DNA from: Sinorhizobium meliloti
GTDB taxonomy: Bacteria > Pseudomonadota > Alphaproteobacteria > Rhizobiales > Rhizobiaceae
Assembly: GCF_017876815.1 (NCBI RefSeq)
Contig: NZ_JAGIOS010000003.1
Coordinates: 480,001 to 512,000, forward strand
DNA: 32,000 nt
Direction: 5' to 3'
The position numbers and the translations under genes were made by a program. The notes under the pieces were generated by a model that saw only the letters and a program-made list of their open reading frames with translations, was not told the origin of the DNA and did no database searches. Positions 18,014-25,344 of this stretch are shown here, one piece after another (positions within the stretch are counted from its first letter, which is position 1; each line of letters starts with the position of its first letter).

Positions 18014-18751
18014 ATGCTTGCCCATCCAACACTGGATAAATTGAATGCCATGGGCCTGGCCGGCATGGCAAAGGCCTTTGGCGAACTTGTTGCCAACGGC
18101 GAAGCCGAACATCTCTCGCACGCCGAATGGCTCGGACTGCTGCTCGAACGGGAGTGGAGCTCCCGTTACGATCGGAAGCTTGCGGCACGCCTCAGGTTTG
18201 CCAAGCTTCGCCACCAGGCCACCCCAGAAGATGTCGACTATCGCGCCGACCGCGGCCTCGACCGTGCTCTCTTCATGAAGCTGCTCGGTGGCGACTGGAT
18301 CAACGCCCATGACAATCTGGCCATTTGCGGACCCTCGGGTGTCGGAAAGAGTTGGTTGGCTTGCGCTCTCGGCCACAAGGCTTGCCGAGACGATCGCTCA
18401 GTTCTCTATCAGCGTGTCCCAAGGCTGTTTGCCCAGCTTGCGCTCGCGCGTGGTGATGGCCGCTACGCCCGCCTGCAACGAACCTTGGGCCATGTTCAGC
18501 TCCTGATACTGGATGATTGGGGGCTCGAGCCGCTCAACGAACAGGCCCGCCACGACCTGCTGGAAATCCTCGAAGATCGCTATGGACGCAAATCAACGAT
18601 CATTACCAGCCAACTTCCCGTGTCCGCATGGCACGGCGTCATTGGCGACCCAACCTACGCCGATGCCATACTCGACAGGTTGGTCCACAATGCCCACCGC
18701 ATCGAATTGAGCGGCGATAGTCTGCGCCGAAATCTACCGCGCAAAGCTTGA
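18014..18751 (+). CDS. istB: IS21-family helper ATPase IstB
   Basis: 245-aa ORF with Walker A (CGPSGVGKSW) and Walker B (LLILDDWG). It starts 12 nt after the istA stop. Confidence 0.95.
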   Translation: MLAHPTLDKLNAMGLAGMAKAFGELVANGEAEHLSHAEWLGLLLEREWSSRYDRKLAARLRFAKLRHQATPEDVDYRADRGLDRALFMKLLGGDWINAHDNLAICGPSGVGKSWLACALGHKACRDDRSVLYQRVPRLFAQLALARGDGRYARLQRTLGHVQLLILDDWGLEPLNEQARHDLLEILEDRYGRKSTIITSQLPVSAWHGVIGDPTYADAILDRLVHNAHRIELSGDSLRRNLPRKA

Positions 18752-18877
18752 CACCTCGCCTGAATGAACTGACAACAATCATCGCCTGCAGACCCCACTA
18801 AACAGGGGGCGAGATCATCCCGGAAACCGGGGGCGCAATCATCTCGGAACAAAGGGGCGGCTTCATCGGAATCGGCA

Positions 18878-18885
18878 TGCGAGAT
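18878..18885. repeat. target-site duplication TGCGAGAT, right copy
   Basis: It lies immediately outside the IS21 right terminus (...ATCGGCA ends at 18877). Confidence 0.8.
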
Positions 18886-19013
18886 GGACGATTCCCCCAA
18901 CCCCCAGAACGAAGGATGACCTGATATCCCTCGGATTCTAGGATACGGATGACCAGCAGATAGTAATCCGCATCAATCGAGCCAATCAAGATCTGGGGCC
19001 GCGTTGGATTCAA
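18878..19013 (-). pseudogene. OmpR/PhoB-type response regulator, 5' part (start of the receiver domain)
   Basis: A TTG start at 19013 follows GGGGAGG. (M)NPTRPQILIGSIDADYYLLVIRILESEGYQVILRS... is a receiver-domain N-terminus. Removing the IS and one TSD copy joins ...GGIVHLA to GENDVRAILLD in one frame. Confidence 0.65.
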
Positions 19014-19155
19014 AGACCTCCCCTTTGGACTCCATGTCTGTTTCGGGCCGATCCCGAGCGAATTCGGGCGTCATTCTCTGCAGCGGCGCGGCCGTTAGGC
19101 CGGCCGACGGTGCAGCGACGACACTCCGCGCGGCGCCCCCGGTTGCCGGTATCTG

Positions 19156-19776
19156 TTAAACAGCGACGGTGTGGCGAGTCCCTGGTCGAGCGGCACCAGC
19201 GCGAATCCGATCAAGACTTCCGACATCGGCAGAAAGAATTCCGGCAACGGCCAACGAGTTGCCAATGGGGCACGGCGGGCCGAGGCGCTGCATCGGCCAC
19301 CCGGCACGCTTCAGAATGCGCTCGAAACGCAGATCAGTTGCGGTGACAATCTCGTGGTACCCGTTCGCCATCGACCATTCGATGATGCCGGCGAACATCA
19401 TCAGCGTGGTCTTGTGGAGAGGCCCTGGCGTTCTGTGCTGGTCGAGCGCAGTGTCGACACAAAAGCGCGAGCTTTCGACCATGCCTGGGTGAGCGTTCAA
19501 ACCGCGCGCTGGCAGGAGCTGCGGAAAGGTATTGGCGAGCATTGTCGGGCCTGTAGCTGGCAGAAGCCTTGCACAACCCGCCACCGCACCTGTGGGGGAA
19601 ACAGCTAGGATGTAGGTCGGGTCGAATTGATCGTAGGCGTCGGCTTCACGCCCGTCCCTTATCTCTACGTCCCAATCCAGCCTGTCGCCAAAGACGCAGG
19701 CACGCAGTCGGTGCATCGAATCAATTAGGTCAGCAAATTCTCCACGCGCCGCGGCCGGTACAGCCAGTATCTCCAT
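19156..19776 (-). CDS. acyl-homoserine-lactone synthase (LuxI family)
   Basis: The ORF track extends to 19917, but the family-typical start is ATG 19776. MEILAV...FADLIDSMHRLRACVFGDRLDWDVEIRDGREADAYDQFDPTYILAVSPTGAVAGCARLLPATGPTMLANTFPQLLP...VESSRFCVD...TATDLRFERILKRAGWPMQRLG carries the conserved LuxI blocks (206 aa). Confidence 0.9.
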   Translation of the reverse strand: MEILAVPAAARGEFADLIDSMHRLRACVFGDRLDWDVEIRDGREADAYDQFDPTYILAVSPTGAVAGCARLLPATGPTMLANTFPQLLPARGLNAHPGMVESSRFCVDTALDQHRTPGPLHKTTLMMFAGIIEWSMANGYHEIVTATDLRFERILKRAGWPMQRLGPPCPIGNSLAVAGILSADVGSLDRIRAGAARPGTRHTVAV

Positions 19777-19950
19777 CACCAATCTCCGAAGAAATCTCGC
19801 TCGTAGACTACTGAACACGAGTCTTGGCGCTCGGGCGACTAATAAAGTTAGTAGTCGAGTGTTTGACCGAAGCGTGCATGAATATCGCGGATATGAGTAG
19901 CTCGGAACGGAAGGCAATCAAGGACGAAGGTCAAAGGGAAAGGAAGTCGA

Positions 19951-20273
19951 TGTACAAGCACACCGCCGAAGCTCTCGTTTACGTAACGCACACCGATTGC
20001 GCCATAGAGAGCCTTTCTGTACGCCTCGGAAAGTATTGTGGAGCAATCAGGCACTTCGAGACCGGCAGGATACTCGACTTCGGCGAAGGTGAAGCGATCA
20101 TAAGATCGACTGAGGGCGCACTTTTGTTTCACGTCTCCGCACGAGACATCCTCACATTTTATGGCATTCAGGCGCTTTTGCAGGGGAGCCTGTCCGTCAT
20201 CGCGACGTTTCCTGGTGAAGCCGTCGAATGGCGCCCGGTGGACAGGGCGCCATTCGACCCTATGAGAGGATGA
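19951..20273 (+). CDS. small hypothetical protein divergent from luxI (possibly DUF2218-like)
   Basis: The ORF track starts at 19824. The internal ATG at 19951 follows GGAAAGGAAG. The 107-aa product is MYKHTAEALVYVTHTDCAIESLSVRLGKYCGAIRHFETGRILDFGEGEAIIRSTEGALLFHVSARDILTFYGIQALLQGSL...VEWRP. The family call comes from memory of the DUF2218 pattern and is weak. Confidence 0.5.
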
Positions 20274-20294
20274 CCCAGACACATCCAGCACTGG

Positions 20295-20319
20295 CAGGGT
20301 GGGAAATAGCCCCTCCCTG
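20295..20319 (+). terminator. hairpin just after the small ORF (weak terminator candidate)
   Basis: CAGGGTGGG-AAATAGC-CCCTCCCTG gives 8 of 9 paired positions, 22 nt after the stop at 20273. There is no U-tract. Confidence 0.25.
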
Positions 20320-20523
20320 GACTTGCCGAATTCCCTTCAGCTGCTCATCGCAAGGAACGTCAAAGTCTTCGCGCGACGGTGAAAAGTCCGTCCCGAGGAT
20401 GAGAAACAGCATGCCACTCTGCCTATGCCCCCCTTGTCATATCTGCCACTCGTATTTCCTACAGTTTCGCTACGGGAGCGCTGGCATTAGGATCCGGTTC
20501 TCCAGGTTTGAGACACAGGGCGA

Positions 20524-21281
20524 ATGGCAGCAAACCGAAGCAGTCCACCGATGGTCGACAACCGTAGACTGTCATTGTCCCTGAGGACGCTGCAGTCAGC
20601 GAAGCACCGCCGGGACCTTCACCCTGCACTGGACGAGCTTTGCGCGCGATACGGCCTGTCGCATATGACATTCCTTGTGGTTTGCAGCGGAGGCAGGTCG
20701 GGTTTGTACCCCGATTACTGCACGACCTATCCCGGTAAGTGGACTGAGATATACGTAAACAAGCGTTATTTCGACATAGACCCGGTAATTGACGTCATTC
20801 GGTGGGATTTCTCCCGGTGGACTGGTCCTCTCTCGATCGGCGGTCAGCACAGGCGTACCGTTTATTTAAGGAAGCGCGTTCGTACGACATCGGGCCCCAT
20901 GGCTTGACGATCCCAATCCGAGGCTCGAAAGGCGAACGCTGCCTCTTTTCCGTGAGCTCGAACCTGCCCAAGCGCGATTGGTCGCGGCTACGCACTTCGA
21001 GCATTCACGAGCTGCAGATCCTTTCTCACTATCTTCATGAGACGACGCTTTCGGCCAGCGGTCTGCGAGAGGTCGGCCGTTATCGGACCCTCTCCAGGCG
21101 CGAAACTCAGTGCCTGCAGCTGCTTGCAACGGGCCGGATTTCCAAGCAGATAGCAGCGGACCTCGGCATCTCAGAAAACGCCGTGAAACTGTACCTGCGT
21201 TCGGCAAGGATCAAGCTGAATGCTGCTACAAGTTATCAGGCCGTCGCCAAGGCGAGCTTCCTCGAGTTAATCAAGTTCTGA
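20524..21281 (+). pseudogene. LuxR-family AHL-receptor gene interrupted by a single frameshift at about 20799-20805
   Basis: ORF 20524..20907 carries the autoinducer-binding N-terminal half (...TTYPGKWTEIYVNKRYFDIDPVIDVIR). ORF 20802..21281 continues in the -1 frame (GFLPVDWSSLDRRS...GLTIPIRGSKGERCLFSV...) through the C-terminal HTH (LSRRETQCLQLLATGRISKQIAADLGISENAVKLYLRSARIKL). Confidence 0.8.
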
Positions 21282-21341
21282 GCGCGCTCGATCGAGGATT
21301 CGGGACCTGTATGTCTCCATCCGGCTTTCCCGACAGCATCA

Positions 21342-21361
21342 ATCTACCGAATTCGGTAGAT
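21342..21361. promoter_or_regulatory. perfect 20-bp palindrome, candidate lux-box-type operator
   Basis: ATCTACCGAATTCGGTAGAT is perfectly self-complementary. It lies 60 bp after the luxR-type stop and about 125 bp upstream of the operon start (21483/21489). It has the length and dyad symmetry of LuxR-family boxes. Confidence 0.5.
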
Positions 21362-21482
21362 TGGCTGCCCGCTCGCAAGGGTCCACACATAGCAATCACA
21401 AACTCACGCACGGCAGGGGCTAGCGCAACCGAAACATCTCGCCGAGAGCCGAGATGAAGCGCACCGCCGATAATGTCGGGAG

Positions 21483-22556
21483 GTGGTTATGGTGAATCGA
21501 CTAACGATTGAACGCTGGCGAAACGCGCCCAGGCTTACATCGTTCGCAGCGTTCTTCGAAAGGACCGCCAGCGGACAGGGCGGAGCACCGGACCTTGCCG
21601 AACCTCAAATCGACATGAGCCTGCTCGATTTTGATCTGGAGAGCGCAGTTTTCGCGGATACGCATCGGCGTCTTTGGGGACACTTCGACAGCCATTACTT
21701 CGCCAGCATTCCCTATAGGCTCGAAGAGGAATGCCGCCTGGGTGCTGCGATACTTTCCCTCGGCCTGAGGGCCTGGGCACGCAGCGGCTCCCTAACGACA
21801 ATATACACGCTGGGCACAGGCACCGGTTGCTTTGCGCGCACGCTTGCCACGCTTGGCAATGGTCGCATCGAGGCGCTCTGCTGCAGTCCAACGGCAGCCA
21901 ATCGGACATCATTCCTTGCGAACCGGGGGAGCGAACACGCGCACTTCTTCCACGGCCCGTTCTTTGAGTTGGACGACGATCGATACGCGACCGACGAGGA
22001 TCTTCTCCCATTTCGGGACGGATTTGACGTGCTGTTGGAAGACACGACGTTTCAGATGTACGACCGTGACCGGCTAAAGCAGCTGGAGTTCGTCGTCCCC
22101 CGCATACGGCCTGGCGGTCTTCTCGTCCAGGTGCAGAAGCTCGCGCATGAAGACCGCGACGTCTATGAGGAGCGCGAACGACAGAAGGACGAGCTTTTTA
22201 AGTCCCGGTTCTTCTCGACCGGTCACATCTCCGAGAAAAAGGATGAAGTCCTGAACACGATGACGGATCTTCAAGTCGATGTGGCAACTACCGTAGCCGC
22301 TCTGGGAGCGTTTTTCCGATACTCAGTGCTAACCTGGAACAGCGGGAATTTCTACACAATCGTGTCATCCAACTCCCGGGCTTCCGTCTTGGAACTGATT
22401 TCGCTGATGTTAAAGCCCGCAATTCCACCAGCCTATTGTTACGAACATTTGCCAGCCGCTGTCGTCGATACGGAGGTGGAAGGGTTGGCTCCTGATTTGA
22501 CGTGGCGCAGGGCGAGTACCATGACGCTGCTCGCGCCCAGGCGCTTGGCATCGTGA
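21483..22556 (+). CDS. class I SAM-dependent methyltransferase-fold protein, CmoA-like layout
   Basis: 357-aa ORF. The probable start is ATG 21489, 5 nt after GGGAGG. It has motif I IYTLGTGTGCF, then VLLEDTTFQMYD and RIRPGGLLVQVQK. The tail FKSRFFSTGHISEKKDEVLNTMTDLQVDVATTVAALGAFFRYSVLTWNSGNFYTIVS parallels the CmoA tail [23 protein letters not shown]...FNFGSLVA. Confidence 0.8.
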   Translation: MVMVNRLTIERWRNAPRLTSFAAFFERTASGQGGAPDLAEPQIDMSLLDFDLESAVFADTHRRLWGHFDSHYFASIPYRLEEECRLGAAILSLGLRAWARSGSLTTIYTLGTGTGCFARTLATLGNGRIEALCCSPTAANRTSFLANRGSEHAHFFHGPFFELDDDRYATDEDLLPFRDGFDVLLEDTTFQMYDRDRLKQLEFVVPRIRPGGLLVQVQKLAHEDRDVYEERERQKDELFKSRFFSTGHISEKKDEVLNTMTDLQVDVATTVAALGAFFRYSVLTWNSGNFYTIVSSNSRASVLELISLMLKPAIPPAYCYEHLPAAVVDTEVEGLAPDLTWRRASTMTLLAPRRLAS

Positions 22557-22557
22557 A

Positions 22558-23964
22558 ATGGCGGCCACCCCAGAGGTCAGCGAGCATTGCAGCGCAGGCG
22601 ACGTGCGAAGCGCGCTGTCTGCCTTAATGCCGCATCTTACCTCCTATTGGGAGCGTCCCCTTCGAGATTACGCGTCGGTTGCCCACCACGTCGAGAAATT
22701 CCATTCCGAGTGTTGCGTGCGTCGTCATGCAATGGAGCTGCTCTGCCACTGCATAGAACGAGCGGGGCGCAAGTCCGGTTACGATCTTGAGGAAGCTCGA
22801 AGCGCCGGCCTTCAGTTGATGGCGTCGCCGGTACTGCAGACCGGTCCGCACTGCATGCTGCTGATCGAGCCGGATGCGTTCTACACGCATCTGTTCAGTC
22901 TGTTGGGCCTGTGCGCCAATAGCCGGCAATGGTACATCACGTATCACGCCTCGACAGTCAGCTTCTCGGAAAAATCAAAGAAAGGCCCCGGATGGCTCTG
23001 GCTTGAAGGCGAGCCCCTGAACGTCTTCGGCTTACCGCGGAGCCGGATGGATTCATTAAGCATCTGCGGTCTGAATGGTCCCTATCGCTTCGCTTTCTCG
23101 AATGCCAAAGGCGATCCGGCACCAAACGCCTCTGCCGTCCATCTCTTCGCCGAACTGCCGACGGTTGAATTTGCTTCTGCGGCCGACGCAATCAGGGCGG
23201 CCAACCAAACGCTTTGGCGTCGCAAGCTCCCCTCCCCCATCAGGCTACTTCAGCTCGATGATTTCGACATCGCAGACCTGGTCGCTGACCATCTCGACGA
23301 CCAAGAGTCCTGGATGTCGGCTCGTTTCTTCGGAGACAAGGTTGCCGAAAGCATCCTGGTTGCCATGGATCGCTTAAGCATTGGACCCTGGAAGGGTTGG
23401 GTCCGCAGGACGACCGATCTCTTCTGGCGGCTGGAAAAAGGCAGGGTTGTTCCGCTCCGGCTCCAGGAAAATGCCCTCAGGGCCGCGGCCCCGTCCGGTT
23501 TCGAATTGGAGTTCCGGCCGGATAATATCGCAGCGGGGCTTCGGCAACGAGCGATCGTGCCCAGCCTCTATACAGTGTTCCTAGTGACTTCCATTCTGCC
23601 CGGTGTGAGGGCACTTGGGGGATGTCGGCAGACCATCTACTACCCACTCATGCGCTATCTTACTGCGGTCGGCCTTGAGCAGTCGGGTAATTCCGATCTC
23701 TTGGCCGAACTGCGTGGGGACGACCGACCCGGGCTTTGGGGCCACCGTGTCCTGAAGCCCGCTGGCGGTTATCCATTCCAGGAGATCGGACTTTTCGGAC
23801 AAAGCCCGAGGTCCCTTTCAGAATACGCGCAGATCCCTTTGGTGCAGTCGAGCGGTGATCTAGGAAGTTTCACCGGGGATCCGATCTGGGCGAACCTGTC
23901 GAAGCAAATCGCCAGCGGTGTCATCAACTCGGGTTCCGTCGAGTGGCAGTGGTCGGGATCGTGA
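22558..23964 (+). CDS. hypothetical protein, no family recognised
   Basis: 468-aa ORF whose ATG lies 1 nt after the upstream stop (translational coupling). It has normal coding-like composition and a His/Cys-rich patch near the N-terminus (HHVEKFHSECCVRRHAMELLCHC). No recognisable catalytic motif, signal peptide or obvious transmembrane pattern, apart from one hydrophobic stretch (SLYTVFLVTSILPGV). Confidence 0.75.
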   Translation: MAATPEVSEHCSAGDVRSALSALMPHLTSYWERPLRDYASVAHHVEKFHSECCVRRHAMELLCHCIERAGRKSGYDLEEARSAGLQLMASPVLQTGPHCMLLIEPDAFYTHLFSLLGLCANSRQWYITYHASTVSFSEKSKKGPGWLWLEGEPLNVFGLPRSRMDSLSICGLNGPYRFAFSNAKGDPAPNASAVHLFAELPTVEFASAADAIRAANQTLWRRKLPSPIRLLQLDDFDIADLVADHLDDQESWMSARFFGDKVAESILVAMDRLSIGPWKGWVRRTTDLFWRLEKGRVVPLRLQENALRAAAPSGFELEFRPDNIAAGLRQRAIVPSLYTVFLVTSILPGVRALGGCRQTIYYPLMRYLTAVGLEQSGNSDLLAELRGDDRPGLWGHRVLKPAGGYPFQEIGLFGQSPRSLSEYAQIPLVQSSGDLGSFTGDPIWANLSKQIASGVINSGSVEWQWSGS

Positions 23965-23975
23965 GCAAGTGACGG

Positions 23976-24590
23976 ATGGCCGAGCGGCTTCGCTGCTGGA
24001 GCGTTTACATGCCATGCGATCAGATGCCCAGGTGGCGGGATACGGTGTTTCTCAGCCGGAACTTGGTGGAGGTCGATGTGTCGATTGAAGAAGGGGCGGT
24101 AATCAAGCGCCTATCAGTCGAGGACGTGGACGTGTTTCGCCGCATACGGCTGGAGGCGCTTTCACACGAACCGTTTTCGTTTGCGAGCGTATTTGACGAT
24201 TGGCTCCATCTCTCCGACCGTGAATGGCGCGAGCATCTTGACCAGCCAGTTTTTGTCGCGTTCCTGAACGGGCAGCCCGTCGGCATGATGGGGCTCAAGT
24301 TTGAGCGTGCGAGGAAAATGGTGCATCGCGCGAAGCTTGTCAGCGTCTATGTGCGGAAAGGCGAACGAGGGACCGGAATTGCAGCAAACCTTTTGCATAA
24401 CGTTACAGAGCATGCACGAGATCACGGAGTTCTGCAGTTGGAGCTTGCGGTAAATGCAGAAAATTCGGCAGCGATACGCTTCTATCAACGCCACGGTTTC
24501 GTCGAAGTTGGCCGCATTCCAAACGGCTGTCTTGGTCACGGTACGGAGAACGATGAGTTGATCATGGTACTCCGCTTGAATAATCGCTAG
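23976..24590 (+). CDS. GNAT-family N-acetyltransferase
   Basis: The GNAT core includes FVAFLNGQPVGMMGL, VYVRKGERGTGIAANLL (the acetyl-CoA Q/RxxGxG/A motif) and AIRFYQRHGFVEVG. The more likely start is the in-frame GTG at 24078, 5 nt after GGAGG (170 aa). Confidence 0.85.
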   Translation: MAERLRCWSVYMPCDQMPRWRDTVFLSRNLVEVDVSIEEGAVIKRLSVEDVDVFRRIRLEALSHEPFSFASVFDDWLHLSDREWREHLDQPVFVAFLNGQPVGMMGLKFERARKMVHRAKLVSVYVRKGERGTGIAANLLHNVTEHARDHGVLQLELAVNAENSAAIRFYQRHGFVEVGRIPNGCLGHGTENDELIMVLRLNNR

Positions 24591-24602
24591 GTTAATACCG
24601 GT

Positions 24603-24620
24603 AGCCGAAATATCGGCTTC
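24603..24620 (+). terminator. short hairpin after the GNAT gene (weak terminator candidate)
   Basis: AGCCGA-AATA-TCGGCT followed by TC, 13 nt after the stop. The stem is short and the T-tract is poor. Confidence 0.25.
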
Positions 24621-24979
24621 GTCCTTGGCCCCGAACGCGCCATTCGGCGATTGGGTTGGTGATGACCGCTTCGTCCCCGACGGAGCCTTCAGCGGAGGCG
24701 GTCCTGAACTTCCGCCCTCCACCCAAAAAAGAGGTCTGTGCCAGGAGGTATCAACGGCAGGTTTCACCACTAGAATCGACAAACCTCCCCTCGCTTGCGC
24801 AATGGAGAGGCCCAGTGCCTGACGCAATCTCGTAACTGTGCACGGCAAAACATGTGCCCGGTGGACGGATCAGGAAAACCGCTATTCCGCGGGGCAATTT
24901 GCTGATCAGGTTGCTGCCGACGTGCTCGGCCTGCGGAAGAGCGGTGACCTGTTCGGGCGATAAACGGCCTAGCCAGCTA

Positions 24980-25255
24980 CTATTTCTTGAAACGAACACC
25001 CACGCCGCCACCGTTTTCCGGAATGAACTCAATACCAGCGCCTTCGAGAGCAATTCGGATCAGCTTTAGATTTGCTGCCGTAATTGTCGGTGGCCCATCT
25101 TCTGCCTCCGCCCGTCGTATCGTCGAGAGACCCACACTAGCAGTACTTGCTAGCTCTTCGGCGCTCCATCGAACTAATGCCCTCGCCGCGCGAATTTGAG
25201 CACCCGTTATTACACTCATAAATTTCGGTTTTCCGGTTGAACTTTTTTCGTTCAT
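24980..25255 (-). CDS. XRE-family HTH transcriptional regulator
   Basis: MSVITGAQIRAARALVRWSAEELASTASVGLSTIRRAEAEDG...LKLIRIALEGAGIEFIPENGGGVGVRFKK is a small HTH family common in rhizobia. The start is ambiguous: ATG 25255 (MNEK...) or 25219 (MSVITG...). The track start at 25321 is unlikely. Confidence 0.75.
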   Translation of the reverse strand: MNEKSSTGKPKFMSVITGAQIRAARALVRWSAEELASTASVGLSTIRRAEAEDGPPTITAANLKLIRIALEGAGIEFIPENGGGVGVRFKK

Positions 25256-25344
25256 GTGGCACTTAAGGTTCCAGATCGGCCGTGCTCGGTGCTCGCAACA
25301 CCGAACACAGCCTGACCACAACCAAGCTTACGGGAGCTCGGATC

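Larger units (their letters stand above)
16280..18877 (+). mobile_element. complete IS21-family insertion sequence (2598 bp)
   Basis: Termini are 5'-TGCAAATTCCGAGGCAATCCGCCCCC and ...GGGGCGGCTTCATCGGAATCGGCA-3' (TG...CA, inverted). There are four tandem 23-24-bp subterminal repeats on the left (16284-16377) and three inverted copies on the right (about 18814-18877). It carries istA and istB and is flanked by an 8-bp direct repeat. Confidence 0.92.

Noticed and set aside
21342-21361. The 20-bp palindrome as a rho-independent terminator of the luxR-type gene
   Set aside because: It is a loop-less perfect dyad, AT-rich at the centre, with no following T-tract. An operator role fits better, although a structural role in RNA cannot be excluded.
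24162-24848. 228-aa reverse-strand ORF overlapping the GNAT gene
   Set aside because: Most of it is antisense to a well-supported GNAT core. The non-overlapping part (24591-24848) shows no convincing coding features.
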